This document shows positions 1-7,794 of a stretch of DNA of 25,392 nt, in pieces (within the stretch, counting starts at the first letter, position 1; the number at the start of each line of letters is the position of its first letter). Location: contig DASTZC010000038.1 of NCBI GenBank assembly GCA_035764505.1, forward strand, positions 1 through 25,392, read 5' to 3'. A model generated the notes under the pieces. It worked only from the letters and a program-made list of their open reading frames with translations, searched no databases and was not told where the DNA came from. Both the position numbers and the translations under genes were made by a program. Source of the DNA: Candidatus Polarisedimenticolia bacterium. GTDB taxonomy: Bacteria; Acidobacteriota; Polarisedimenticolia; Gp22-AA2; AA152.

Positions 1-297
1 CGCGCTGCAGAATTGCCGCCGCCTGGCGCGCCCGCAACGCGCGTATCCGCCTCTGCAAAATCGTGGTTCCACGATCCATTTTCCCCCTCCCGCGGGTGTA
101 CCACTAGAATGCCATGTCGCCGGCACGGCTGCAGGACGCCGGGCGATCCCGGCGTCCGCTCAGGGGGAAGAAATGCCCGATCCCGCCGATTTCATGGCAG
201 AATCGACCCTCCGAAGGCACGGCAGGACAGAGCGGGCCGCCTTGAGGCGGGGCGGAGCGGTGGCAAAGCGGCCAATGAAAGAATCCGGGAGCTGGCG

Positions 298-1203
298 ATG
301 AGCGGGATGCTGAAGCGTGTCGCAGGTTCGGCATGTCTGGTGGTCTTAACGACGCTTACCGTGGGCGCCGACACGACCGGCAATGCCTACCGGCAGGAAA
401 TCGAGAAGTGGAGACAGGATCGCGAGACCCGGCTCAAGAGCGACACGGGATGGCTCACGGTGGCGGGTCTGTACTGGCTCAAGGAAGGGGCCAACCGGTT
501 CGGAAGCGATCCCGCCGGTGACATCGTTCTGCCCGCCGCGGCGCCCCCCGTGGTCGGGGATTTCGTGGTGAAGGGCGATTCGATCATGGTGAAGGTGCAG
601 AGCGGCGCCACCGTCACCTCGGCGGGCGAGGCGATCACCGAGCTCGAGATGAAACCCGACAACCTCGGCGAGCCGACCGAGCTGGCGCTGGGCGACATGA
701 CGATGTTCGTGATCCAGCGAGGTGGCAAGTACGCCATCCGCCTGCGGGACAAGAACAGTCCGGCGCGCAAGGAATTCACGGCGCTGAAGTGGTATCCGAT
801 CAAGCCGGAATACCGCGTCACCGCCAAGTACACCGAGTACGTGCCGGCCAAGCAGATTCCCGTCCCCAACATCCTGGGGATGACCGAGAATCTTCCCAGC
901 CCCGGCTACGTCACCTTCGTCCTGAACGGGAAGAAGTACAAGCTGGACCCGGTCCTGGAGACGCCCGACGCGAAGGAGTTCTTCTTCATCTTCAAGGACA
1001 AGACCAGCGGCGAGACGACCTATACTCCGGGACGGTTTCTCTACGCGGCCTTCCCCGTGGAGGGAAAGGTCTTGCTCGATTTCAACAAGGCCTACAACCC
1101 GCCCTGCGCCTTCACCCGCTACGCCACCTGCCCGCTGCCGCCGTCACAGAATCGCCTGGAGGCGCGCATCGAAGCCGGCGAGCTGAAGTACGGCAATCAC
1201 TGA
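298..1203 (+). CDS. DUF1684 domain-containing protein with an N-terminal signal peptide.
   Basis: The ORF is 13..1203. The start is the ATG at 298, preceded by GGGAG, and gives MSGMLKRVAGSACLVVLTTLTVGA with a hydrophobic signal-like N-terminus. The YRQEIEKWRQDRETRLKSDTGWLTVAGLYWL stretch matches the conserved N-terminal block of DUF1684 proteins. Residues upstream of 298 are P/R/G-rich and look like high-GC junk. Confidence 0.7.
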   Translation: MSGMLKRVAGSACLVVLTTLTVGADTTGNAYRQEIEKWRQDRETRLKSDTGWLTVAGLYWLKEGANRFGSDPAGDIVLPAAAPPVVGDFVVKGDSIMVKVQSGATVTSAGEAITELEMKPDNLGEPTELALGDMTMFVIQRGGKYAIRLRDKNSPARKEFTALKWYPIKPEYRVTAKYTEYVPAKQIPVPNILGMTENLPSPGYVTFVLNGKKYKLDPVLETPDAKEFFFIFKDKTSGETTYTPGRFLYAAFPVEGKVLLDFNKAYNPPCAFTRYATCPLPPSQNRLEARIEAGELKYGNH

Positions 1204-1724
1204 AGGTTGCGCAGCACCTCGCGCTTGTCGCGGTATTCGGAGCGGATGGCGACGAACTCCGAGTGCGTGATCCCCAGCTCGGTCGCGATCTTCCAGATCT
1301 CGTTCTCCTCGGTGACCGAAATCGAGTCGTCGGCCGAGGAGACGGCGAACAGGCAGTGGAGCAGCGCCTCGCGCTGCGCCGCGTCGGCGATTTCCTTGAA
1401 CAGCTTGGTGATCGAGAAGTTCTCGGTGCCGCCGAACAGGCGGTTCTGACCCTTGGCGATCTCGACGACCAGGACCGCCTGCTCCTCGGGAAGATTGCCC
1501 CAGGCGGCAACTTGGCGCTGCATTTCCGCGGTCTCCTCCTCGCTGATGCTCAAATCGGCGTTGGCCACGCGGCTGAGGATGAAGGCGAAGCAGGCGAGAT
1601 AACGGGCGCGTGCGGCATCCATCGTCTCCAGGGAGCGGCTGATTCGCCGCAGGGTCTCGGAGTCGGAGCTGGAGTCCTCACGCGCCGCCTTGACGCCCAG
1701 CCAGTCGAATACCGAAAGCTTCAT
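1197..1724 (-). CDS. TerB-family (tellurite-resistance TerB-like) domain protein.
   Basis: The 175-aa ORF starts at the ATG at 1724 with GGGAGG five nt upstream. Amphipathic helical segments (ARYLACFAFILSRVANADLSISEEE, REALLHCLFAVSSADDSIS) are typical of TerB/DjlA N-terminal-domain repeats. The 3' end overlaps the DUF1684 3' end by 7 nt, so the two genes converge. Confidence 0.6.
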   Translation of the reverse strand: MKLSVFDWLGVKAAREDSSSDSETLRRISRSLETMDAARARYLACFAFILSRVANADLSISEEETAEMQRQVAAWGNLPEEQAVLVVEIAKGQNRLFGGTENFSITKLFKEIADAAQREALLHCLFAVSSADDSISVTEENEIWKIATELGITHSEFVAIRSEYRDKREVLRNLQ

Positions 1725-1743
1725 GGTTGCCTCCCGCCGCGCC

Positions 1744-1932
1744 TCATTCGGGCGGCGGCATGATGATCCACAGGATCAGATAGACCAGGATGCCGGGGAA
1801 GGCGATGCTGAGAACCGAGACCAGGACATAGCCCACCCGCACCACGGTCTTGTCCCAGCCCAGCCATTCCGCGATGCCGCCGCAGACCCCGGCAAACACC
1901 TTGTCCCGCGATTTCCTCAGAACTCCCGCCAC
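1744..1932 (-). CDS. PspC-domain protein, a small phage-shock-protein-C-like membrane protein.
   Basis: The 62-aa product reads MAGVLRKSRDKVFAGVCGGIAEWLGWDKTVVRVGYVLVSVLS. The R-x-x-D-K-x-x-xGVCGG-A-W motif followed by a transmembrane helix is the PspC signature. The start is GTG at 1930-1932, preceded by a strong SD (GAGGAGAGGAGGAGGA). The gene lies 19 nt upstream of the terB-like gene, which suggests a two-gene operon. Confidence 0.7.
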   Translation of the reverse strand: MAGVLRKSRDKVFAGVCGGIAEWLGWDKTVVRVGYVLVSVLSIAFPGILVYLILWIIMPPPE

Positions 1933-2116
1933 AATCCTCCTCCTCTCCTCCCGCCCGCGAGCATAACACCATCGTGCGAAGCCTTCCGGCTCGAAGCTCT
2001 TTCCGCCCTGAAGTGACAGGACTTGCCTCGACGGAATGTACTCGCTTTCAAGCCTTCAAACGAAAGCGCTCCCGGATAGTTCCCCTTGGCCGGCGCTCGC
2101 GTCAGGATGCAAAAAA

Positions 2117-2147
2117 GCGGGAGCCAATTCCCCTGCCGAGGGAATTT
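2117..2147 (-). terminator. Possible terminator hairpin downstream of the adenosyltransferase gene.
   Basis: On the minus strand the sequence reads AATTCCC-tcggcag-GGGAATT-ggctcccgc-TTTTTT. It has a 7-bp perfect inverted repeat, and the U-tract lies 9 nt after the stem. The support is weak. Confidence 0.3.
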
Positions 2148-2201
2148 ACTTATCGCCTCCTAGGGCACCATCGGGCGCGGGCCGGGAAGCCCGGGGAGGC
2201 G

Positions 2202-2750
2202 TCACGGCCGCCAGATCGGCTCGTCGACTCCCGCGAGGTGGTTGACCCAGCGCGCCATGACGAAGAGGAAATCGGAGAGGCGGTTCAAGTAGACGACGGC
2301 CTCCGGATTGACCTCCTCGGAGGCGGCCAGGCGCACGACGCGGCGCTCGGCACGGCGGCAGACGGAGCGGCATATCTGGAGCGCGGCCGCCGCCGGACAG
2401 CCTCCCGGCAGGATGAAGTTGCGCAGCGGCTTGAGGCCCTTTTCCCAGCCGTCGATGAGAGCCTCGAGGCGCCGGGCGCTCGCTGGATCGATGCTGACGC
2501 GCTGAGCGCCGGACGCCGGAGAGTCCGGTACCGTCGCCAGATCGGCTCCCAGAGCGAAGAGCTCCGACTGGATGGCGCCGATCTCCTTCAGCAGCGATTC
2601 CTCCTGGATCAGCGTCGCGACCCATCCCAGCTGGGCGTTGAGCTCGTCCACCTCGCCGTAGGCCTCCACCCGCAGGTCGGCCTTCGATACGCGCTTGCCG
2701 CCGAACAATCCGGTTTCGCCCGCGTCCCCCGTCTTCGTGTAGATCTTCAT
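2202..2750 (-). CDS. ATP:cob(I)alamin adenosyltransferase, PduO-type (MMAB-like).
   Basis: The 182-aa product begins MKIYTKTGDAGETGLFGGKRVSKADLRVEAYGEVDELNAQLG, which is the canonical PduO-type N-terminus (TGDxGxT..G.R.. K....R.EA.G..DEL). The start ATG is at 2748-2750. Confidence 0.85.
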   Translation of the reverse strand: MKIYTKTGDAGETGLFGGKRVSKADLRVEAYGEVDELNAQLGWVATLIQEESLLKEIGAIQSELFALGADLATVPDSPASGAQRVSIDPASARRLEALIDGWEKGLKPLRNFILPGGCPAAAALQICRSVCRRAERRVVRLAASEEVNPEAVVYLNRLSDFLFVMARWVNHLAGVDEPIWRP

Positions 2751-2802
2751 CGCTTTCGCTCCATGCAGGTTTCCGGCCTTCCCGCTCGCGCCACCCCCGC
2801 CG

Positions 2803-4728
2803 TCACGCTTCGTATCCCGAGGGCACGATCAGGACGGGACGGCGCGCCCTTTCCAGGATGACATCCAGCAGCCCGCGCCGCTCGCCGCCGCGGGCGCGCG
2901 CGGCGTGGCTGGCGCCCAGCGTAATCAAATCGAATTCGCCGGAGTGCGCCTCCTCGAGGATCTCGTTGCCGGTGTTACCCTGGCGGATCTTCATCTCGGA
3001 GGTGACGCCCATCAGCTTCAGGGTGAGGATGCCCCGGGCCAGCCGCTCCGTGGTCAGCTGCTTGAGGTATTCGCTGGTGTGCGGATCGGGAGCGGTGCCG
3101 GGCAGGAAAGGCTGCTCCTTCTCCATGACGTGCAGCAGCGTCGCCTCGGCGCCGGCGCGTCCGGCCAGACGCCCCGCGAACAGGACGTCGGATCGGCCCG
3201 ACACGCCCGCCGCCATGCAGATCAGCATTTTCTTCAGGAAGCGGCGCGGCTCCGGCACCATCAGGAGGGGAACGCGGGACAGCGCCAGCACCCGCTCGGC
3301 CGTCGAGCCGAGGGTCCGCCCGGGTCCGTGACGCCCGCAGCACCCGAGGACCACCACGTCGTGCGCCCCGCGCGCCAGCTCTTCCAGGATCCGGCCGGAG
3401 GCCTCTCCCTGACGGAAGCGCGTTTTTAGATTTGGAAAACGGGCGGAGTAGGCCTGCGCGGCCGAGGCCAATCCTTCGCGCGCCCGCGTCTCCTCGTTCG
3501 GCTTCTCCGCTACTCCCAGCACCTCGATGCGCCCGTGCATCTGCGAGGCGACCTGCGCGCCGAACTCCAGCGCCTTGCCGGCGAGCTCCGAGCCGTCGAT
3601 GCACACCAGCAGCGACACACCTTCGTGCGGGATGACGTGCAGGCTGCGAACCGAGAGCTGGACGGGTGTTCCCGGCAGCAGCGTAGGGTTGTCGCCGCTC
3701 TCGGGCCGCGCGTGCGCCAGCAGCGTCGGCTCCACCTGACCGTAGACCGGCTCGGGCGAGAAGATCGGCGTGCCGCGCAGCGCCGGGATGCCGATGCGCA
3801 TCCTCAGGAGAGGCCCGGCGTGCAGCGTCTCCTGAATCTTGCCCAATCCAATCCCGCGCCCGTCGTTGGCGGCGCCGCGGGGGCGCACCTCCAGGTCCTC
3901 GGGGCGGATCAGCACCTTGACCTCCAGCGACCCCTTCACCTGCGGCGCGTCCGCGGGGAGCGGCAGGATCGACTCGCCCACATGCAGCGCTCCCGATCGG
4001 ATCTCGCCGAGCAGGAGGTTGGCGTCCCCGAGGAAGCGGGCCACCATCTCGGTCTTCGGCTTGCGGTACAGCGAGGAGGGAGGGCCGATCTCGACAAGGT
4101 GGCCGCGCTCCAGGATGCCGATGCGATCGGCCAGCTCGAACGCTTCCTCCTGGTCGTGGGTCACCAGGATCGTCGTCACCTTGAGCTTGCGCTGAATCTC
4201 CTTGAGCGACTTGCGCAGCTGGGAGCGGGTGCGCGCGTCGAGCGCTCCGAAGGGCTCATCCATCAGGAGCACCGCCGGTTGATAGGCCAGCGCTCGGGCC
4301 ACCGCCACGCGCTGCTGCTGACCGCCGCTCAGGCGCTGCGGCAGCGCATCGGCCATCCCCTCCAGCCCGATCAGGTTCAGCAGCTCTTCCCGCCGGCGGA
4401 TGCGCTCGGCCCCGGGCACCTTGTGGATGCGCATCCCGAACTCGATGTTTCCTCCCACGGTCATGTGCTGGAACAGCGAGTAGTTCTGGAAGACGAAGCC
4501 GACGCCCCGCTTCTGCGGCGGCAAATGGTCCACGCGCTCCCCCTGCAGCAGCACCCGTCCCTCGTCGGGGCGGGTCAGCCCGGCGATGATGCGCAGCGCC
4601 GTGCTCTTGCCGCTGCCCGAGCCCCCCAGCAGGACGAACAGCTCGCCGTCGGCAACCTCGAGGGAGACCTCGTCCAGGGCCAGGTGCTGCCCGAAGCGCT
4701 TCGAGATGTGATCGACGATGATCGACAT
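2803..4728 (-). CDS. ABC transporter ATP-binding protein (CysA/ModC-like) fused to a TOBE-like domain and two C-terminal universal stress protein (UspA) domains.
   Basis: The product is 641 aa. The N-terminal ~235 aa carry Walker A (GGSGSGKST), the ABC signature (LSGGQQQRVAVARAL), Walker B (LLMDEPFGALD) and the H-loop (VTHDQ). A middle ~130 aa form an OB-like transport-associated domain. Two ~130-aa USP-like repeats follow, each ending in the G-x2-G-x9-G(S/T) ATP-binding-like motif (VVVLGCCGRHGPGRTLGSTAERV and DLITLGASHAARARGGERRGLLDVILE). The ATG at 4726-4728 overlaps the permease stop (TGATG). Confidence 0.85.
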   Translation of the reverse strand: MSIIVDHISKRFGQHLALDEVSLEVADGELFVLLGGSGSGKSTALRIIAGLTRPDEGRVLLQGERVDHLPPQKRGVGFVFQNYSLFQHMTVGGNIEFGMRIHKVPGAERIRRREELLNLIGLEGMADALPQRLSGGQQQRVAVARALAYQPAVLLMDEPFGALDARTRSQLRKSLKEIQRKLKVTTILVTHDQEEAFELADRIGILERGHLVEIGPPSSLYRKPKTEMVARFLGDANLLLGEIRSGALHVGESILPLPADAPQVKGSLEVKVLIRPEDLEVRPRGAANDGRGIGLGKIQETLHAGPLLRMRIGIPALRGTPIFSPEPVYGQVEPTLLAHARPESGDNPTLLPGTPVQLSVRSLHVIPHEGVSLLVCIDGSELAGKALEFGAQVASQMHGRIEVLGVAEKPNEETRAREGLASAAQAYSARFPNLKTRFRQGEASGRILEELARGAHDVVVLGCCGRHGPGRTLGSTAERVLALSRVPLLMVPEPRRFLKKMLICMAAGVSGRSDVLFAGRLAGRAGAEATLLHVMEKEQPFLPGTAPDPHTSEYLKQLTTERLARGILTLKLMGVTSEMKIRQGNTGNEILEEAHSGEFDLITLGASHAARARGGERRGLLDVILERARRPVLIVPSGYEA

Positions 4729-5567
4729 CAGGCCCCTTCGCGCGCCGGCTTGCGGGTGAAGCGGAGCAGGAACAGGAAGATCGAGAACGAGAGGACGGCC
4801 AGGACCGCGGCCACGGCGTTGGCCGTCTCGATCTGGCCCGCCTCGAACTGGGCGAAGATGAACAACGGGGCGGTCTGCGTCTGCATCCTCAGGTTGCCCG
4901 ACACCATGGCCGTGGCGCCGAACTCGCCGAGCGAGTGGGCGAAGGTCAGCAGCGTGCCGCTGAACAGGCCCCCCTTGAGAGCGGGCAGGATGACGTGCAC
5001 GAAAGTGCGCAGGCGCCCGGCCCCCATGGTGTAGGCCGCCTCCTCATAGGTGATCTCCAGCTCGTCCAGCACCGGCTTCACCGCCCCGAGCATGTACGGA
5101 AAGGTCACCAGGACGTGCGCCAGGAAGACGCCGAACGGCGCGAAGATCGGCTTGAATCCGAGAGGGACCAGGTAGCGCCCGAGCAGGCCGATGGGGCCCC
5201 ACAGGAGGATGAGCGAGGTCCCCATGACCACGGTCGGAATGGCCACCGGCAGGTTCACCAGGATGGTCAGAGGGCCGCGCCCGGGGAAGCGGTGTTTGGA
5301 GAGGACGTAGGCGGTGAAGGTCCCCACGAAGGCATTGGTCACGCTGGTCCACAGGGCGATCCAGAGCGACATGCGCAGCGCGAACTGGGCGTCGGGCAGA
5401 CGCAGCGTGGTGGCAAAAGTGCTCCAGCCGCCGCGGCCCGCGAACACGAAGATGGCGACGATCGGCAGGATCAGGAGCGGCGTGAGAATGGCCCAGAGGG
5501 CCCCGATGGTGAGGCGGTGGGTGAGGGTCCTGGCTCGTGTTTCGACCATCGCCTCGGAATCGATCAA
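4728..5567 (-). CDS. ABC transporter permease of the CysT/CysW/ModB type (sulfate or oxyanion importer membrane subunit).
   Basis: The 279-aa product has multiple transmembrane helices and shows the CysT/CysW-type pattern, including the region TANAVAAVLAVLSFSIFL and its neighbours. The ORF-track start at 5567 is a TTG that overlaps the binding-protein stop. An in-frame ATG at 5549 (MVETRAR...) is an alternative start. Confidence 0.8.
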   Translation of the reverse strand: MIDSEAMVETRARTLTHRLTIGALWAILTPLLILPIVAIFVFAGRGGWSTFATTLRLPDAQFALRMSLWIALWTSVTNAFVGTFTAYVLSKHRFPGRGPLTILVNLPVAIPTVVMGTSLILLWGPIGLLGRYLVPLGFKPIFAPFGVFLAHVLVTFPYMLGAVKPVLDELEITYEEAAYTMGAGRLRTFVHVILPALKGGLFSGTLLTFAHSLGEFGATAMVSGNLRMQTQTAPLFIFAQFEAGQIETANAVAAVLAVLSFSIFLFLLRFTRKPAREGA

Positions 5568-6619
5568 CGTCCCAGCTCCTTCAGCACCTGGCCTTTCCAG
5601 ATTTCCTCGTACACCAGGGCGTCGGCCGCTTCCCAGCCGCCCATGTCATCCACCGTGAACGTGCCGGTGAGGGGCGGGAGCAACGCGTTGGCCGAGTCCA
5701 GCGACGGGTTCACCGCCGAGCGGTAGCCGTGCTTGACGAAGAGCTTCTGCGCCTCGTCGGAGAAGAGAAAATCGCGCAGCGCCATGACCAGGTCGTGATC
5801 CCGGGCCCGGACGTTGCGATCCACCACCACGACCGGATGCTCGGAGTAGATGGTCTTCTTGGGACGGACGATCTCGACCTTCTCCTCCTGGCCCTGAGGG
5901 ACCAATCCCTGCTGCTCGTAGGTGATCAGAGCGTCGCCCAGGCCGTTCTCGAACTGGGTCCTCGCGCCGGCGGCCGAAGGAGACTGTCCGACCACGTTCT
6001 TCCAGATCCCGAGCAGCTGCGCCTTGCCGAGCTCGCGGTCTGCGGGATCGGTGCCGCCCAGATCGGAGACGGCCGAGCCGTACTCGGCCAGGATCGACCA
6101 CTTGGCCGCGCCGGAGGTGAGCGGATCCGGATGGATGACGCCGATCCCCGGGCGCGCCAGGTCGGCGAATGAGGCGATCCTCTTGGGGTTCCCCTTGCGC
6201 ACCAGGATCACGAACGGGGTGTGGTTCACCACGCCGTGCGCGGGGAACTCCCGCCAGTCGGTGGTCACGGCGCCGGCTTTCTTCAGCCGCAGGGCGTCCC
6301 CCTCGTGCGACAGGATCGCCAGCACCGCGGGGGCCCCCATGATGATCTGGTTGGTGATCGTTCCGGAGCCGGAAAAGGACGAGGTGAAGGTCAGCTCTTC
6401 GCCGGTCTTCTCCTTCCAGTGCCGGCTGAAGGCGGGGAAGACATCCTGGTTCATCGCTTCGCCCAGGATGCTGAAGCCATACACGACGACGACGCGGCGG
6501 TGCGGCTGGACGTGGCGCGCTTCCTGGATGGAGGGCCAGGCAAGGTAGACGGCGACGGCGAGGAGAACCACGACGAACGAGACGATCCCGGCGGTACGGC
6601 GGAACCTCGCGCTTGCCAT
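5564..6619 (-). CDS. Sulfate/thiosulfate-type ABC substrate-binding protein (Sbp/CysP family).
   Basis: The 351-aa product starts with an N-terminal transmembrane or signal anchor (IVSFVVVLLAVAVYLAW). Blocks AFSRHWKEKTG, SSFSGSGTITNQI, FVILVRKGNPKRI..DL..PG..VIHPDPLTSGAAKWSILAEYG and GLGDALITYEQQ line up with the conserved blocks of E. coli Sbp (AFSAHWKQQTG, GGSGKQA, VFLVRKGNPKQI, PNPKSSGGARWNYLAAWG, GIGDVLIAWENE). Confidence 0.8.
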   Translation of the reverse strand: MASARFRRTAGIVSFVVVLLAVAVYLAWPSIQEARHVQPHRRVVVVYGFSILGEAMNQDVFPAFSRHWKEKTGEELTFTSSFSGSGTITNQIIMGAPAVLAILSHEGDALRLKKAGAVTTDWREFPAHGVVNHTPFVILVRKGNPKRIASFADLARPGIGVIHPDPLTSGAAKWSILAEYGSAVSDLGGTDPADRELGKAQLLGIWKNVVGQSPSAAGARTQFENGLGDALITYEQQGLVPQGQEEKVEIVRPKKTIYSEHPVVVVDRNVRARDHDLVMALRDFLFSDEAQKLFVKHGYRSAVNPSLDSANALLPPLTGTFTVDDMGGWEAADALVYEEIWKGQVLKELGR

Positions 6620-6683
6620 GCTGCAGCTCCCGTGCCCCGTGGTTCCGGGGTCGATGTGACGCCGATTCAGGATCTTTGCCGGT

Positions 6684-6711
6684 GAAGCGAGGGAATCTTA
6701 GCGATCGCTTC
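6684..6711. promoter_or_regulatory. Palindromic element in the promoter region of the sulfate-type ABC operon.
   Basis: The sequence is GAAGCGA-gggaatctt-AGCGATCGCT-TC. It contains a perfect 10-bp palindrome AGCGATCGCT (6700-6709) inside a 7-bp inverted repeat, GAAGCGA...TCGCTTC. It lies 65-90 nt upstream of the binding-protein start codon. Confidence 0.3.
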
Positions 6712-6720
6712 CCCGCAGGG

Positions 6721-7794
6721 TCAAGAAAGCTCCCGCAGCGCCTCCGAGACGCGGCGCAGCCCCTCCTCCAGGTCGGCGGGGCGGATCCCGAAGCCGATGC
6801 GGAAGTGGCGCGGCTCCTCGAAGAAGCGTCCGGGGACGATCGACGTCGCGCGCGCGCGCAGCCGCTCGAGCAGGTCCTCGCCCACGCGTGAGCCCTTCAG
6901 CCGGGGGAAGACCGTCATCGATCGGGGCGGGACGACGGCTTCCAGGAGATCGTCATGCTCCGCCATGAATTCTCCGATGCGACGCCGGTTCGGCTCCAGG
7001 ATCGATCGGCTGCGCGCGGCGAGCGCCGGCAGGCGGGCGAAGGCCAGGCATCCCATGGCTTCGGTCGGCATCGGCCCGGTGGCCGCCATCAGATCGTGTA
7101 GGCGGCGCATCTTCTCGGCGCGGGTCGGGGATGCCAGGATCCAGCCGCAGCGCAGGCCGCTCAGGCCGTAGCTCTTGGTGAGGCTGTTGGTCGCGACGAA
7201 GGCCTCTCCCAGGGTCGCGGCCGAGGGTGGGGCTTCTTCGAACAGGCTGTCGCGATAGACCTCGTCGAGCAGAATCGGAATGCCGGCCTCCGACGCCAGA
7301 TCCCCCAGCGCGGCGAGATCGGCGGGATCGGCCACGACACCGCTCGGATTGTGGGGGCTGGTCATTACGATGAGCCGGGTTCGCGGCGTCAGCAGCCCGC
7401 GCAGCGCGTCCACATCGATGCGGTAGCGTCCTTCCAGGGTCCGGGAGAAGCGCTTCACCTTCGCGCCCAGGAACTGTGCGGCGCTGAGCAGCGGCTCGTA
7501 GACGGGACGCTCGATCAGCACCTCGTCGTCGCGCTCGACCAGTGAAGCCAGGGCGAGAAAATTGGCGCCCGAGGTTCCCTGGGCCAGGACCACCTGGTCG
7601 GTGCCCACGCCGTAGGTCGAAGCGATCGCTTCCTTCAGCGGCGGCCAGCCGTCGGGATTGACCCCCTGAATGGGGATCGTCTCGCCGGCGATGGGGAACT
7701 CCTCGCTCGTGCAGGCCACGAGACCGCTGTTGGCCAGGTTGTAGCGCGCCGGCGCGTGTGCTTTCGCCCAGGCCATGTAGGCGCATTGTTTCAT
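6721..7794 (-). CDS. Pyridoxal-phosphate-dependent aminotransferase (class I/II fold).
   Basis: The six-frame ORF runs to 8424, but the protein-like part starts at MKQCAYMAWAKAHAPARYNLANSGL. The ATG at 7792-7794 forms an ATGA overlap with the upstream permease stop. The sequence contains a PLP-lysine region, NSLTKSYGLSGLRCGW, with the SxxK-like motif typical of aminotransferases, plus the segment SPHNPSG. The N-terminal extension in the track is compositional junk that overlaps the permease gene. Confidence 0.8.
   Translation of the reverse strand: MKQCAYMAWAKAHAPARYNLANSGLVACTSEEFPIAGETIPIQGVNPDGWPPLKEAIASTYGVGTDQVVLAQGTSGANFLALASLVERDDEVLIERPVYEPLLSAAQFLGAKVKRFSRTLEGRYRIDVDALRGLLTPRTRLIVMTSPHNPSGVVADPADLAALGDLASEAGIPILLDEVYRDSLFEEAPPSAATLGEAFVATNSLTKSYGLSGLRCGWILASPTRAEKMRRLHDLMAATGPMPTEAMGCLAFARLPALAARSRSILEPNRRRIGEFMAEHDDLLEAVVPPRSMTVFPRLKGSRVGEDLLERLRARATSIVPGRFFEEPRHFRIGFGIRPADLEEGLRRVSEALRELS

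Noticed and set aside
789-1763. A 324-aa plus-strand ORF spanning the DUF1684 3' end, terB and pspC.
   Set aside because: It is frame-shifted relative to the real DUF1684 frame and antisense to terB and pspC. The translation is low-complexity.
2105-2130. A possible sigma54 (-24/-12) promoter for pspC, by analogy with the E. coli psp operon.
   Set aside because: The best candidate, TGGCTCCCGCTTTTTTGC, has the GC element displaced by 3 nt from the consensus spacing and lies ~180 nt from the start. It is more simply read as part of a terminator-like hairpin.
3535-5034. A 499-aa ORF on the plus strand opposite the ABC ATPase and permease genes.
   Set aside because: It is a shadow ORF typical of high-GC DNA. 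Its translation is R/A/G/L-rich with no domain features and it completely overlaps two well-supported minus-strand genes.
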